Source of the DNA: a virus
Taxonomy: Duplodnaviria > Caudoviricetes
IMG/VR virus record: IMGVR_UViG_3300027749_000069
Span: 1 to 64,000 of that record
DNA length: 64,000 nucleotides
Strand: one strand, 5' to 3'
This document shows positions 54,881 through 64,000 of this stretch, piece after piece. A model generated the notes under the pieces. It ran no database searches and was not told the DNA's origin. It saw nothing but the letters and a program-made list of their open reading frames with translations. How positions within the stretch are numbered: position 1 is the stretch's first letter; the number at the start of each line of letters is the position of its first letter. The translations under genes and the position numbers were made by a program.

Positions 54881-57301
54881 ATGGCAAATTCAAACAGAGT
54901 ATTCGTTTCTCCAGGTGTTTATACATCAGAGAAGGATCTAACATTCGTAGCACAAAGTATAGGTGTTACAACATTGGGATTAGTGGGAGAAACCTTAAAA
55001 GGTCCAGCTAATGAACCAATATTAATTTCAAATTTTGACGAATTTAAAACATATTTCGGAGGAACATCACCAGAAAAAGATGGTAATGGTAATCCAAAAT
55101 ATGAATTAGGTTATGTCGCAAAATCTTATTTACAAGAGTCAAATCAATTATTTGTAACAAGAGTATTAGGAAAGACAGGTTATAAAGCAGGTAAAACATT
55201 CGGTATTAAAACATTAGGTACAGATGCGGATATTGTAGTGGTAGCATTAAGATCAAGAGGACATTATTCAGGAGAAACTTTAGTATTTGAAGTTACTGGA
55301 AATACATCCTTCGTTCTTAGTGGTGCAACATTAACAACTAATCCATTATCTGAATTTGATATTCATGTTACAGGTGCAACAGGTGGATCTAAAGTTTTTA
55401 CTTGTAGTTTAGACGTTACATCACCAAAATATATAACTAAAGTTTTAGGAACAAGTCCATATGATAAAGATAGAAGTGATGTTCCTTTATATGTTCACGA
55501 AGTATATCCAAACTTAACTAAAAATTTATATCACCAAGGTATGATTAGTGGTTTAAGTTTTACTGAAGTATATAACGCTGAAAATGACAATTTTTCAAAT
55601 CCTTGGGATACACCAATGTCTCCTACTGTAGTTTCTGAAGTCCGCGGTGGTAAAGTTGATGATTTATTTGATGTTATTACAATTTCCGACGGTGACGCAG
55701 CAAATCAGGAAGTTAAAATTACAATTCAAAATATTAATATTGAAACAGGTGAATTTGATATATTAGTTAGAGATTTTAATGATTCGGACGAAAATATGGT
55801 TGTTTTGGAAAAGTTCTCAAGATGTTCAATGAATCCAGATGTTGCGGGATATGTGGCAAGAAAAGTAGGAACATCAAATGGTGAATATACTTTGAATTCT
55901 AAATATATTATGTTAAGTATGGACTCTAACGCACCATCAAATGCATTCCCTGCAGGATTTAAAGGTTTTAAAAATGCAGTATTATCAGGGTCAACAAAAT
56001 TAGGTAATGTTCTTTATAAAACTAATTATTTTGATTCAGGTGAAACAATCTATGGTACAACAACAAGTAACGGTGACAAATATAGAAAAACATCTTTAGG
56101 TTTATCTTCAGATAGTAATTTTAGTTTTGACGCAGATTTGTTCAAATATAAAGGTTCAGGAACATTGAATAGTACTGATGGATTTCACTTATCAACTAAT
56201 GCATCTTCAATTACAGGTACAACATATCAAACAACGGGTTATGATTTGGAAGGTCAAACAGACGCCGCTAACAACAAATTAACCAATATTAATTACCGTA
56301 AATTTACATTTGCAGTATGTGGTGGTTTTGATGGTTGGGATATCTACAGACAAGTAAGAACATATGGTGATGGTTATATATTTGGAAAATTAATATATAT
56401 TTCAGGTCTTACAACAAATGGTGGATTATTTGATACCGCATCAGGAAACTCTGATTATTACGCGTATTTAGAAGGTATTAATACGTATGCTAATCCTGAA
56501 GCTATAGATATTAACGTATTTGCAACTCCAGGTATTAACTTCTACGACCATAGTTCATTAACAACTCAAGCAATTGACATGATTGAAACCGATAGAGCCG
56601 ATTCAATTTATATCATCGGAGCCCCAAATGAAACTATTGCTTCTAATGTTATTGACGATTTAGACGGTATTGCGGTTGATTCTAACTACTCTGCAACATA
56701 TTGGCCTTGGATTCAAGTAAGAGATACAGATAACGCAACTCAATTATTCATCCCACCAACAGGTGAGGTTGTTAAGAATATTGCTTTAACTGACAACGTA
56801 TCTTATCCTTGGTTTGCAGTTGCGGGTTATAGTAGAGGTTTAGTAAACGCAATCAAAGCTCAAAAGAAACTTACTCTTGACGAAAGAGATGAGTTATATA
56901 AAGCAAGAATCAACCCAATTGCAACATTCTCTGATACAGGTACCATTATATGGGGTAACAAAACGTTACAAGTTAGAGAGTCAGCTTTAGATAGAATCAA
57001 CGTAAGAAGATTATTATTAAGAGCAAGAAAATTGATATCTGCAGTCGCTGTAAGGTTATTATTTGAACAAAATGACGACCAAGTAAGACAAGAATTCTTA
57101 AGATTGGTAAACCCTATCTTGGAATCAATTAAGAAAGAAAGAGGTTTATATGACTTCCGTGTAAGTGTATCTAATGACCCAGAGGACATCGATGCTAACA
57201 CATTAAGAGGTAAGATTTACATCAAACCAACTCGTTCTTTAGAATTCATTGATTTGGAATTTGTAATCACTCCAACAGGAGCTTCATTTGAAAATATCTA
57301 A
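54881..57301 (+). CDS. tail sheath protein (gp18-like)
   Basis: SPGVYTSEKD, YWPW, PWFAVAGYSRG, WGNKTLQ, DRINVRRLL, IKPTRSLEFI. Confidence 0.95.
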   Translation: MANSNRVFVSPGVYTSEKDLTFVAQSIGVTTLGLVGETLKGPANEPILISNFDEFKTYFGGTSPEKDGNGNPKYELGYVAKSYLQESNQLFVTRVLGKTGYKAGKTFGIKTLGTDADIVVVALRSRGHYSGETLVFEVTGNTSFVLSGATLTTNPLSEFDIHVTGATGGSKVFTCSLDVTSPKYITKVLGTSPYDKDRSDVPLYVHEVYPNLTKNLYHQGMISGLSFTEVYNAENDNFSNPWDTPMSPTVVSEVRGGKVDDLFDVITISDGDAANQEVKITIQNINIETGEFDILVRDFNDSDENMVVLEKFSRCSMNPDVAGYVARKVGTSNGEYTLNSKYIMLSMDSNAPSNAFPAGFKGFKNAVLSGSTKLGNVLYKTNYFDSGETIYGTTTSNGDKYRKTSLGLSSDSNFSFDADLFKYKGSGTLNSTDGFHLSTNASSITGTTYQTTGYDLEGQTDAANNKLTNINYRKFTFAVCGGFDGWDIYRQVRTYGDGYIFGKLIYISGLTTNGGLFDTASGNSDYYAYLEGINTYANPEAIDINVFATPGINFYDHSSLTTQAIDMIETDRADSIYIIGAPNETIASNVIDDLDGIAVDSNYSATYWPWIQVRDTDNATQLFIPPTGEVVKNIALTDNVSYPWFAVAGYSRGLVNAIKAQKKLTLDERDELYKARINPIATFSDTGTIIWGNKTLQVRESALDRINVRRLLLRARKLISAVAVRLLFEQNDDQVRQEFLRLVNPILESIKKERGLYDFRVSVSNDPEDIDANTLRGKIYIKPTRSLEFIDLEFVITPTGASFENI

Positions 57302-57327
57302 TCTAAAAGGAGATATATAAAAATAAG

Positions 57328-57355
57328 AAGAGTATCAGAAATGGTACTCTTTTTT
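57328..57355 (+). terminator. intrinsic terminator
   Basis: AAGAGTATCA-gaaa-TGGTACTCTT plus T run. Confidence 0.75.
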
Positions 57356-57413
57356 AATGCTCCACGTAGAACCATATTATATAACAATTATACTATTATA
57401 TTATACCCAGAAT

Positions 57414-57489
57414 ACTGGAACTAGATATACTAGTATTTATTATTGAAATATTAAATTATTAAAGGAGAGTATTAAACTGGAACTAGATA
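57414..57489 (+). repeat. 14-bp direct repeat ACTGGAACTAGATA x2
   Basis: Copies at 57414-57427 and 57476-57489 in the sheath-tube intergenic region. Confidence 0.8.
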
Positions 57490-57625
57490 CTGGAGCCTGT
57501 AAAAAACTACGAAAAATAATTGACATAAACAAGTATTTCCAATAAAAAACTTAAAATAAAATTATTTTCCAATATAGATATATTTATAAGAAAGTAAATA
57601 ACTTAAAAACTTTAACAAATACAAT

Positions 57626-58114
57626 ATGGCAGATTTATTAATGAAAATGCCGGTTCCTTACGAACCGAAAAGAAAAAATAGATTTATCCTAAGATTCCCA
57701 TCATCTTTAGGAATAAATGAGTGGTATGTATTCTCCACAGCGAGACCATCTGCTAAAATTAAATCAGTTGAGATTCCTTTCTTGAACACAAAAACTTATG
57801 TTGCTGGTCAATTTGAGTGGGAAGAGATTAAAGTTCAATTTAAAGACCCAATTGGTCCTTCTGCTTCTCAAGCACTTATGGAATGGTTCCGTTTACATGC
57901 GGAGTCAGTTACAGGTCGTATGGGATATGCTGCAGGGTATAAAAAAGACATTGAATTGGAGATGTTAGACCCAACGGGAGTTGTAGTTGAAAAATGGATT
58001 TTACAAGGTTGTTTCTTAACAAGTTTAAACTTTGGTGATTTAGATTACTCAAGAGATGATTTAGCAACAATCGACGCTTCATTAAGAATGGACCGTTGTA
58101 TCCAAGTTTATTAA
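57626..58114 (+). CDS. tail tube protein (gp19-like)
   Basis: EPKRKNRF, YKKDIELEMLDPTG..VEKWILQG, GDLDY. Confidence 0.9.
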   Translation: MADLLMKMPVPYEPKRKNRFILRFPSSLGINEWYVFSTARPSAKIKSVEIPFLNTKTYVAGQFEWEEIKVQFKDPIGPSASQALMEWFRLHAESVTGRMGYAAGYKKDIELEMLDPTGVVVEKWILQGCFLTSLNFGDLDYSRDDLATIDASLRMDRCIQVY

Positions 58115-58135
58115 TATAATAATTTTTCATATGAG

Positions 58136-58170
58136 AAACCGATATACCAGAAATGGGTATCGGTTTTTTT
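58136..58170 (+). terminator. intrinsic terminator
   Basis: AAACCGATATACCA-gaaa-TGGGTATCGGTTT plus T run. Confidence 0.75.
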
Positions 58171-58215
58171 ATTTAAAAACTTTACTTTCTAATAGTTATA
58201 GTATAAACTTATATT

Positions 58216-58965
58216 ATGGACGAAACAAGAATAGACCCAACAATCGCATACGATGTGGTGGAATTACCAACTAAAGGTATCCATTATAAAAATAAAAATA
58301 AATCAGTTAGAGTTGCATACCTAACCGCAAGTGACGAAAACATTCTATCATCACCAAGTTTAATTGGTTCTGGTTTAGTTATAGATGAATTACTAAAAAG
58401 AAAAATATTAGATAAATCATTATCTATTGATGAAATCGTTGAAGAGGATAGACAAGCAATTCTTATATTTTTAAGAAATACTGCTTTTGGTACCGAATAT
58501 AAAATAGAAGTCACTGACCCAAAAACAAATGAAACATTTACAGCCGATATTGATTTAAGTGAAATTAAAGTAAAAGATTTTACATTAGAAGAAGATTCTA
58601 ATGGTGAATATAAGTACTTTATGGAAAAAAGTAAAATTGATATTTCATTTACTTTTTTAACATTAAAACAAGAAAAAGAAATTGATGAAATTAAAAAAAG
58701 TTGGAATGGTAATGGGGTTGCTCCAATTGTAACCAAACAACTTGAAATGATGATTAAGTCAGTTAATGGAAATAGAGATTTAATGAATATTAGAAATTTA
58801 ATTGAAACCTTACCAATTAAGGATTCACAAAGTTTTAGAAAATTCATTAACCAAGTTAAACCGGGGTTGGATCTAACCCAAAATGTTACAACCCCGTCCG
58901 GAGAGACAATCCAAGTTGAAATTGGATTCGGGGTAGAATTTTTTCGTCCTTTCTATGGATTATAA
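58216..58965 (+). CDS. baseplate hub / tail assembly chaperone (T4 gp26-like)
   Basis: VELPTKG, LTASDENIL, LRNTAFG, ends EFFRP; lies between tube and tape-measure genes. Confidence 0.7.
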   Translation: MDETRIDPTIAYDVVELPTKGIHYKNKNKSVRVAYLTASDENILSSPSLIGSGLVIDELLKRKILDKSLSIDEIVEEDRQAILIFLRNTAFGTEYKIEVTDPKTNETFTADIDLSEIKVKDFTLEEDSNGEYKYFMEKSKIDISFTFLTLKQEKEIDEIKKSWNGNGVAPIVTKQLEMMIKSVNGNRDLMNIRNLIETLPIKDSQSFRKFINQVKPGLDLTQNVTTPSGETIQVEIGFGVEFFRPFYGL

Positions 58966-59098
58966 AAAAGGACAATTAGACGAAATTTTATTTTTAGTTA
59001 AAAGAGGGTTCTCTTATGGGGATATTCTTTCTATGCCTGTGTACATTAGAAGATATTATATTAATTATATGATAGAGAAAGAGACTGAAAATAATTAA
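58955..59098 (+). CDS. small tail/baseplate assembly protein (gp51-like, 47 aa, absent from the ORF track)
   Basis: MDYKKGQLDEILFLVKRGFSYGDILSMPVYIRRYYINYMIEKETENN. Confidence 0.65.
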   Translation: MDYKKGQLDEILFLVKRGFSYGDILSMPVYIRRYYINYMIEKETENN

Positions 59099-59115
59099 TT
59101 AGTCTATTTATATGT

Positions 59116-61035
59116 ATGAACGAACAATTACTGAAACATGCTAAAAATGGTGATAGGAATGCCTTTAAAGTTGCGTTTAATACATTAAATAAAGGAGCAA
59201 AAGAAAATGATTGGATAATTGGTTTTAATGCCGCTCAAGCAGAACTTAAAAATGGAGCTTCATCAGGTGTAAGTTCAAACACAGGTGGTGGATTATTAGG
59301 AGATTCAAAAAGTACAGGTTTTGTTGAAATGGCGTTAGGTAAAGTTAATGATGCTACTAAATTTTTAGCGACACAATCACAAAGATTATTTGCGTCTGGA
59401 TTAGGAAAAGACGATGGAAATGACACAACCGCAAATAAGATATTTGAAATGGTTCAAGAGGGTGGATTAAACCCAATTAAATTAATGAAAACGGCCATCT
59501 CAGATATGTGGGGTGCTGGTCTTGACCAAATAAAATCTGAATCTGTATTATTATCTGATGTTAATACTAAAACAGGAATTAGTGGTCAATTATCTGAAAC
59601 TTTAAGAAAAGACATGATTGCAGCTTCAGTTGAAGCAAAAAGATATGGTTTTGACCTTTCTAATATTGGTGACATGTACACCACGTTAGTAAAAGATTCA
59701 GGTAAATTTGCGTTAATTAATGAAGACACAATTAAAAGTGCGGTTCCTGTTGCCGCCGCATTAAACATGTCATTGGCCGAATTAGCTGGTTCTATTGGTG
59801 AATTTGAAAAGGTAGGTTTAGGAGCAGATAAAACAACCCAATCATTAGGAGATGCAACAACAAGACTAATATCGTTAGGGTTAAGTGCTCAAAAAGTAAC
59901 TACCGCAATGCGTGATAATATCGGTAAGTTAAATGAATATGGGTTTAAAAATGGTGTAAAAGGGTTAGAAGATATGTCCAAAAAGGCGGTTGAATTTAGG
60001 ATGAGTATGGAGGAATCTTTTAAAATTGCCGAAAAGGTTATGAATCCTGAAAATGCTATTGATATGGTTGCAAATTTACAAGTATTAGGTGGTGCAATTG
60101 GTGATTTTAACGACCCACTTAAATTAATGTATATGGCAACAAATAACGTAGAAGGATTACAAGACGCGTTAATTGGTGCCTCAAGTTCATTAGCCACATA
60201 CAATCAAGAACAAGGTAGATTTGAAATTACTGGAATTAACTTAAGAAGAGGTAAAGCTATGGCGGATGCTATGGGAATATCTTATCAAGAATTAAGTAAA
60301 GGTGCAATTGCTGCCGCAGAAAGATCATCTGCAGCTAGTGCAATAATGTCTCGTGGTTTAAAATTAGATGACAAACAAACAGAATTTTTAACAAATATAT
60401 CAAGAATGCAAGGGGGTGAAATGAAAATTGTAATCCCTAAATCTTTAGCTTCAGAACTAAATGGTGCAACTGAAATCTCATTAGATAAAATGACTGATAG
60501 TCAAGCTAAAGTATTATTGGCAAATCAAAAGGCTTTTGAGTCTATGGATGTTAAGAATATTGCAATGTCACAACTTACCGAAACACAACAAATGTCAAGG
60601 GGTATAGATGTAATTGCATCATATTATAAAATAATAGGTGCTAGAGCTGTTGAGGCGGCGTTAAGGGCAGGTGGTGGTAAACAATATGATGAACTTAATA
60701 AAGCAATTGCAACTTTTAAAATAGGTGACGTAAATAAAACAGCGGAAGATATCGCAACTGCTACGGCAAATAAAGTAACATCGGTTAAAACGGGCATATC
60801 AACAGGAATTGAATCTGTAAAAGCAATGATTGGATTGGACACAAAAACACCTCCACCTCCACCACCATATATTGCAGCAAACAAGATAGATATAACACAC
60901 ACTCATAAATATGAAGCGACTTCAGGGTATATGGACGCTTTTAATAGGGAAAATGTTAAAAACCCAACATTAGTCGGTAGTTGGACGGAAAGAAATGTAA
61001 ATGAATATACGAACCCTAAAGTTATAACAAAATAG
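59116..61035 (+). CDS. tape-measure-like protein
   Basis: Ala/Gly/Met-rich helical protein downstream of tube and chaperone genes. Confidence 0.65.
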   Translation: MNEQLLKHAKNGDRNAFKVAFNTLNKGAKENDWIIGFNAAQAELKNGASSGVSSNTGGGLLGDSKSTGFVEMALGKVNDATKFLATQSQRLFASGLGKDDGNDTTANKIFEMVQEGGLNPIKLMKTAISDMWGAGLDQIKSESVLLSDVNTKTGISGQLSETLRKDMIAASVEAKRYGFDLSNIGDMYTTLVKDSGKFALINEDTIKSAVPVAAALNMSLAELAGSIGEFEKVGLGADKTTQSLGDATTRLISLGLSAQKVTTAMRDNIGKLNEYGFKNGVKGLEDMSKKAVEFRMSMEESFKIAEKVMNPENAIDMVANLQVLGGAIGDFNDPLKLMYMATNNVEGLQDALIGASSSLATYNQEQGRFEITGINLRRGKAMADAMGISYQELSKGAIAAAERSSAASAIMSRGLKLDDKQTEFLTNISRMQGGEMKIVIPKSLASELNGATEISLDKMTDSQAKVLLANQKAFESMDVKNIAMSQLTETQQMSRGIDVIASYYKIIGARAVEAALRAGGGKQYDELNKAIATFKIGDVNKTAEDIATATANKVTSVKTGISTGIESVKAMIGLDTKTPPPPPPYIAANKIDITHTHKYEATSGYMDAFNRENVKNPTLVGSWTERNVNEYTNPKVITK

Positions 61036-61064
61036 TATTAAACCTATTTATAATAAAATAAAAA

Positions 61065-64000
61065 ATGCCGAGTTATTTAGATTTTAATACAACAAAACAG
61101 TTTAGAGACCACATATTAGGTAAGACCTTACAACAACCTAATGGACCCCAAACGTTTACAAATAGTTCATATCCTGAACAGAATCTAAGTAATACACCTA
61201 ATTTATTACAAGGTCAGGTAGATACAAATAGATATGGTGATTTGACAATACCTAAGAACTCTAATATCTACAAACCAGATGATTATTTTATTAGTGATGT
61301 TATTAACACATTACCTAGGTCGGCCGATTTAAAATTATACCCAAGTTTTGTTCAAACTGACTTAAGTTTATTTGGTATTATTAGTAATTCAAATTACGAA
61401 ACTGAATCTGAATTAGTTAAGTTTGCCACAAGTTTAATTAAAAATGACCCACAAGGACCTGTTTATAGTAGAATTACTCAAAATGTAGAAAAAAATACAT
61501 TAGGTCGTGTGAGAATTATGGATGCTCTTAATGGTAACACAACTACCGCCGTTAATATATTAACAGGCAGAGAACCATTAATTGAATCAAATTATACTAT
61601 TACAGTTGATAATACATTAAGTATACCAGGTCAAGCGGTTGATTTTCTAAAAACTGTTTCAGGTATACAATTACCCTTTAGTCAAATACCAGGGGATTAT
61701 TTAAGTAACCCAAGAAACCCGATAAACTATAGACCACAAGCGTCATCACAATTAGGTGCATTATATCAAGACGTAACCGGTGTATTAGGGTCTTTAATAG
61801 GAATACAAAGACGACCATTGCTAGATAGAAAACCATCTGACCTTTTGATTGAACATATGGGAAGCGGTCAAAAAAACAGGTTATATGACCTATTATCCTA
61901 TTCAACATATGCACCAAATTATACCACAACCGCAAGGTCACAAAACACGTCTAAAATTTTTAATTTTGTTGATAAGGTTGCACAAGGTATAAAAAATATT
62001 TTAGGTGTTGAGGCACCTGCAGGAACTGCTTATATTGGAGATGATAGAGGAAATGATGTAAAATATGCAATGAATGATTTTAATGATAGACCCGTAAGGA
62101 GTAACTATTATTTAACATTAATGTTTGATGAGGTGTCGGCAAAATTATTTCATACAAATAAAAATATTACTGAAGGTGGATCAATTGGAGGTAAGTTATC
62201 ATGGATTAGTAAGAACTCAAAAAATAAATTAGGGGTTAATAACAATAGTTGGCAGACAGAAGCGTCACTATTTACTGAAAGTTTATCAACTAAAAATAAA
62301 TTTAGAGGAGATTCAATTTTAGGAATAACTCAAGAATTATTAGATTCAATGCCTTCAGATGGGGGCGCTGCACGTTCACATGTTGCAAATGTTATTGATC
62401 AAACAAGTAGAGTATTCCAAGATGGTGATACTAGAATATCAAGAGGTTCTGCGGTTAAGTATACCGATAAATTTACTGGTGAAGAAAGTGGGATTGAATA
62501 TGCGAGAGTTTGGACAAAGGATAGACCATACATGACAAATTTTGACACAATGCCGTTGTCAACTAATCAAAAGGATATTAATACTGGAAAGTATAAAAAA
62601 TCAGGAAGAAAATATAGAAGAGGTAATATAAGACAATTTGAATCAAGTGTATTAAATGACACATGGAATTTAAATATGGCACCAATGTCCAATGGTAAAA
62701 AATCATTTGATAACTCAACAAATATTGTAGAAAAAGACAAAGGTCTTGGTGATTTTTACGCAAAGAAATACATGTTCTCAATTGAGAACTTGGCATGGAA
62801 AACTTCTAATTTATCTGGATTTCAAGTAAGTGATTTACCAGCATGTGAAAAAGGAAATAATGGTGGTAGAGTTATGTGGTTCCCTCCATACGACTTAAAG
62901 ATGAGCGAACAAAACAATGCAAATTGGGAAAAGAACTCATTTATTGGAAGACCTGAACCAGTGTACACATATCAAAATACAGAAAGAACAGGTCAAGTTT
63001 CATTTAAAGTTGTTGTTGACCATCCGAGTATTATGAATTTATTGGTTAGAGAACATTTTAAAGGAATGTCAGATGAAGAATCTGATAACTATATAAACGC
63101 ATTTTTTGCTGGCGTACAAGACGTTGATTTTTATTCTTTAATACAAACATATACAACTCTAGACCAAAATGATAGAGATTTAATTCAACAATACCTAAGT
63201 GCTGGAGTTGAAAAACAAACAATTGAAAGAATTAAATATACTACCGTACCATTACCTAATGACGCTAATACTGACGTAAATAAAAATGAACCTGTTAATT
63301 ATGACACAAATAACATATTCTACTTCGAAAATGCTGAACCACCTGTTAATGGAAATAATTTAACACAATCTCCCTATTATTATAGTAATTATTATACACA
63401 ATATAATGTAAAGCAATCGACATACATTACCAATTTAACATCCGCGATGAATAGTGCATTGTCTAATGCTGATAAAATTTTATTAATAGGTGACACAGGA
63501 TCAACATCAAACCCAAGTGTTATTTCAGGACAAACTAATCAAATAACAACTGCATTTAGCGGGTTAACTACAAATTTTGAGGCATTAAATAAACAAATAC
63601 TTGATTTAAAAACGGCATTATCTGGAAAAACAGTTATTTCAGACACAAAAATAACAATATATACATCAACATCAGAAGCGGGAGATAATGATAAGAATTT
63701 CTACTTAGGAATAAGAAGGGCACATTCATTAATGCAACACATTTGGAATGAATTAGGACCATTTAAATATACGTGGTTTACTGAAAAGGAATTGGCAACA
63801 TATGCTAAAAATGGTTTACCATTAAATACAAAAACAATCACTATAAAATATAAAGATATTGGATATGAATTAGATGGTAATATTATATTTGATATAGGAA
63901 CAATAGGTGAAAATAGTACATCACTGAATGGAACTAGTGTTGATTGTACAAAAGTATTTACTAACACCAATTTAAAAATATATTCCCCAACGGCGTTTTA
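61065..64000 (+). CDS. large baseplate/tail-tube-initiator-like protein with a degenerate OmpA-like domain, 3'-truncated
   Basis: ATG at 61065 after TATTTATA; in-frame (spot-checked) FPPYDL...FIGRPEPVYTYQNTERT and N-FYLGIRRAHSL; absent from the ORF track, as expected if it has no stop in the window. Confidence 0.7.
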   Translation, partial: MPSYLDFNTTKQFRDHILGKTLQQPNGPQTFTNSSYPEQNLSNTPNLLQGQVDTNRYGDLTIPKNSNIYKPDDYFISDVINTLPRSADLKLYPSFVQTDLSLFGIISNSNYETESELVKFATSLIKNDPQGPVYSRITQNVEKNTLGRVRIMDALNGNTTTAVNILTGREPLIESNYTITVDNTLSIPGQAVDFLKTVSGIQLPFSQIPGDYLSNPRNPINYRPQASSQLGALYQDVTGVLGSLIGIQRRPLLDRKPSDLLIEHMGSGQKNRLYDLLSYSTYAPNYTTTARSQNTSKIFNFVDKVAQGIKNILGVEAPAGTAYIGDDRGNDVKYAMNDFNDRPVRSNYYLTLMFDEVSAKLFHTNKNITEGGSIGGKLSWISKNSKNKLGVNNNSWQTEASLFTESLSTKNKFRGDSILGITQELLDSMPSDGGAARSHVANVIDQTSRVFQDGDTRISRGSAVKYTDKFTGEESGIEYARVWTKDRPYMTNFDTMPLSTNQKDINTGKYKKSGRKYRRGNIRQFESSVLNDTWNLNMAPMSNGKKSFDNSTNIVEKDKGLGDFYAKKYMFSIENLAWKTSNLSGFQVSDLPACEKGNNGGRVMWFPPYDLKMSEQNNANWEKNSFIGRPEPVYTYQNTERTGQVSFKVVVDHPSIMNLLVREHFKGMSDEESDNYINAFFAGVQDVDFYSLIQTYTTLDQNDRDLIQQYLSAGVEKQTIERIKYTTVPLPNDANTDVNKNEPVNYDTNNIFYFENAEPPVNGNNLTQSPYYYSNYYTQYNVKQSTYITNLTSAMNSALSNADKILLIGDTGSTSNPSVISGQTNQITTAFSGLTTNFEALNKQILDLKTALSGKTVISDTKITIYTSTSEAGDNDKNFYLGIRRAHSLMQHIWNELGPFKYTWFTEKELATYAKNGLPLNTKTITIKYKDIGYELDGNIIFDIGTIGENSTSLNGTSVDCTKVFTNTNLKIYSPTAF

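Noticed and set aside
57414-57489. Direct repeats as a possible mini-CRISPR array
   Set aside because: Only two 14-bp copies and no cas genes in the window
1-64000. Stop-codon reassignment as seen in some large phages
   Set aside because: Core genes are full length in code 11, and TAA, TAG and TGA all end genes at sensible positions

Overview
This AT-rich window is the core morphogenesis and replication region of a large T4-like contractile-tailed dsDNA phage, read in the standard genetic code. It encodes terminase, portal, prohead protease, scaffold, major capsid, neck, sheath, tube, tape-measure and baseplate proteins, plus a family B DNA polymerase, a SNF2 helicase and a gp55-like late sigma factor. 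A ribosomal protein bS21 gene lies on the opposite strand between portal and prohead protease, as reported for large freshwater 'bS21 phages'. The host is probably in Bacteroidota: five TTTG-N19-21-TAnnTTTG promoters, signal peptides followed by Gln, a Flavobacterium-like bS21, and generally no Shine-Dalgarno motifs. Accessory content includes an envelope cluster (lipase, CsgG-like protein, FeoA, PspC, two probable beta-barrels), an RNA-repair trio (kinase, Rnl1, cyclic-phosphate receiver domain), a divergent ClpC-like/Hsp20 pair, two KTSC genes, a nucleotidyltransferase, three glycosyltransferases, PhoH, dUTPase and a WYL protein. The strongest unexplained signals are (1) a shared scaffold-like helical tag on unrelated proteins, suggesting a capsid cargo-loading system, (2) a sense-strand TATTTAT(A) late promoter often only 3-6 nt from the ATG, (3) a promoter- and terminator-bounded small RNA near 7.72-7.82 kb, (4) the CsgG/beta-barrel module, and (5) a candidate +1 frameshift before the tape-measure gene. 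All calls rest on motif recognition by eye; no database searches were run.
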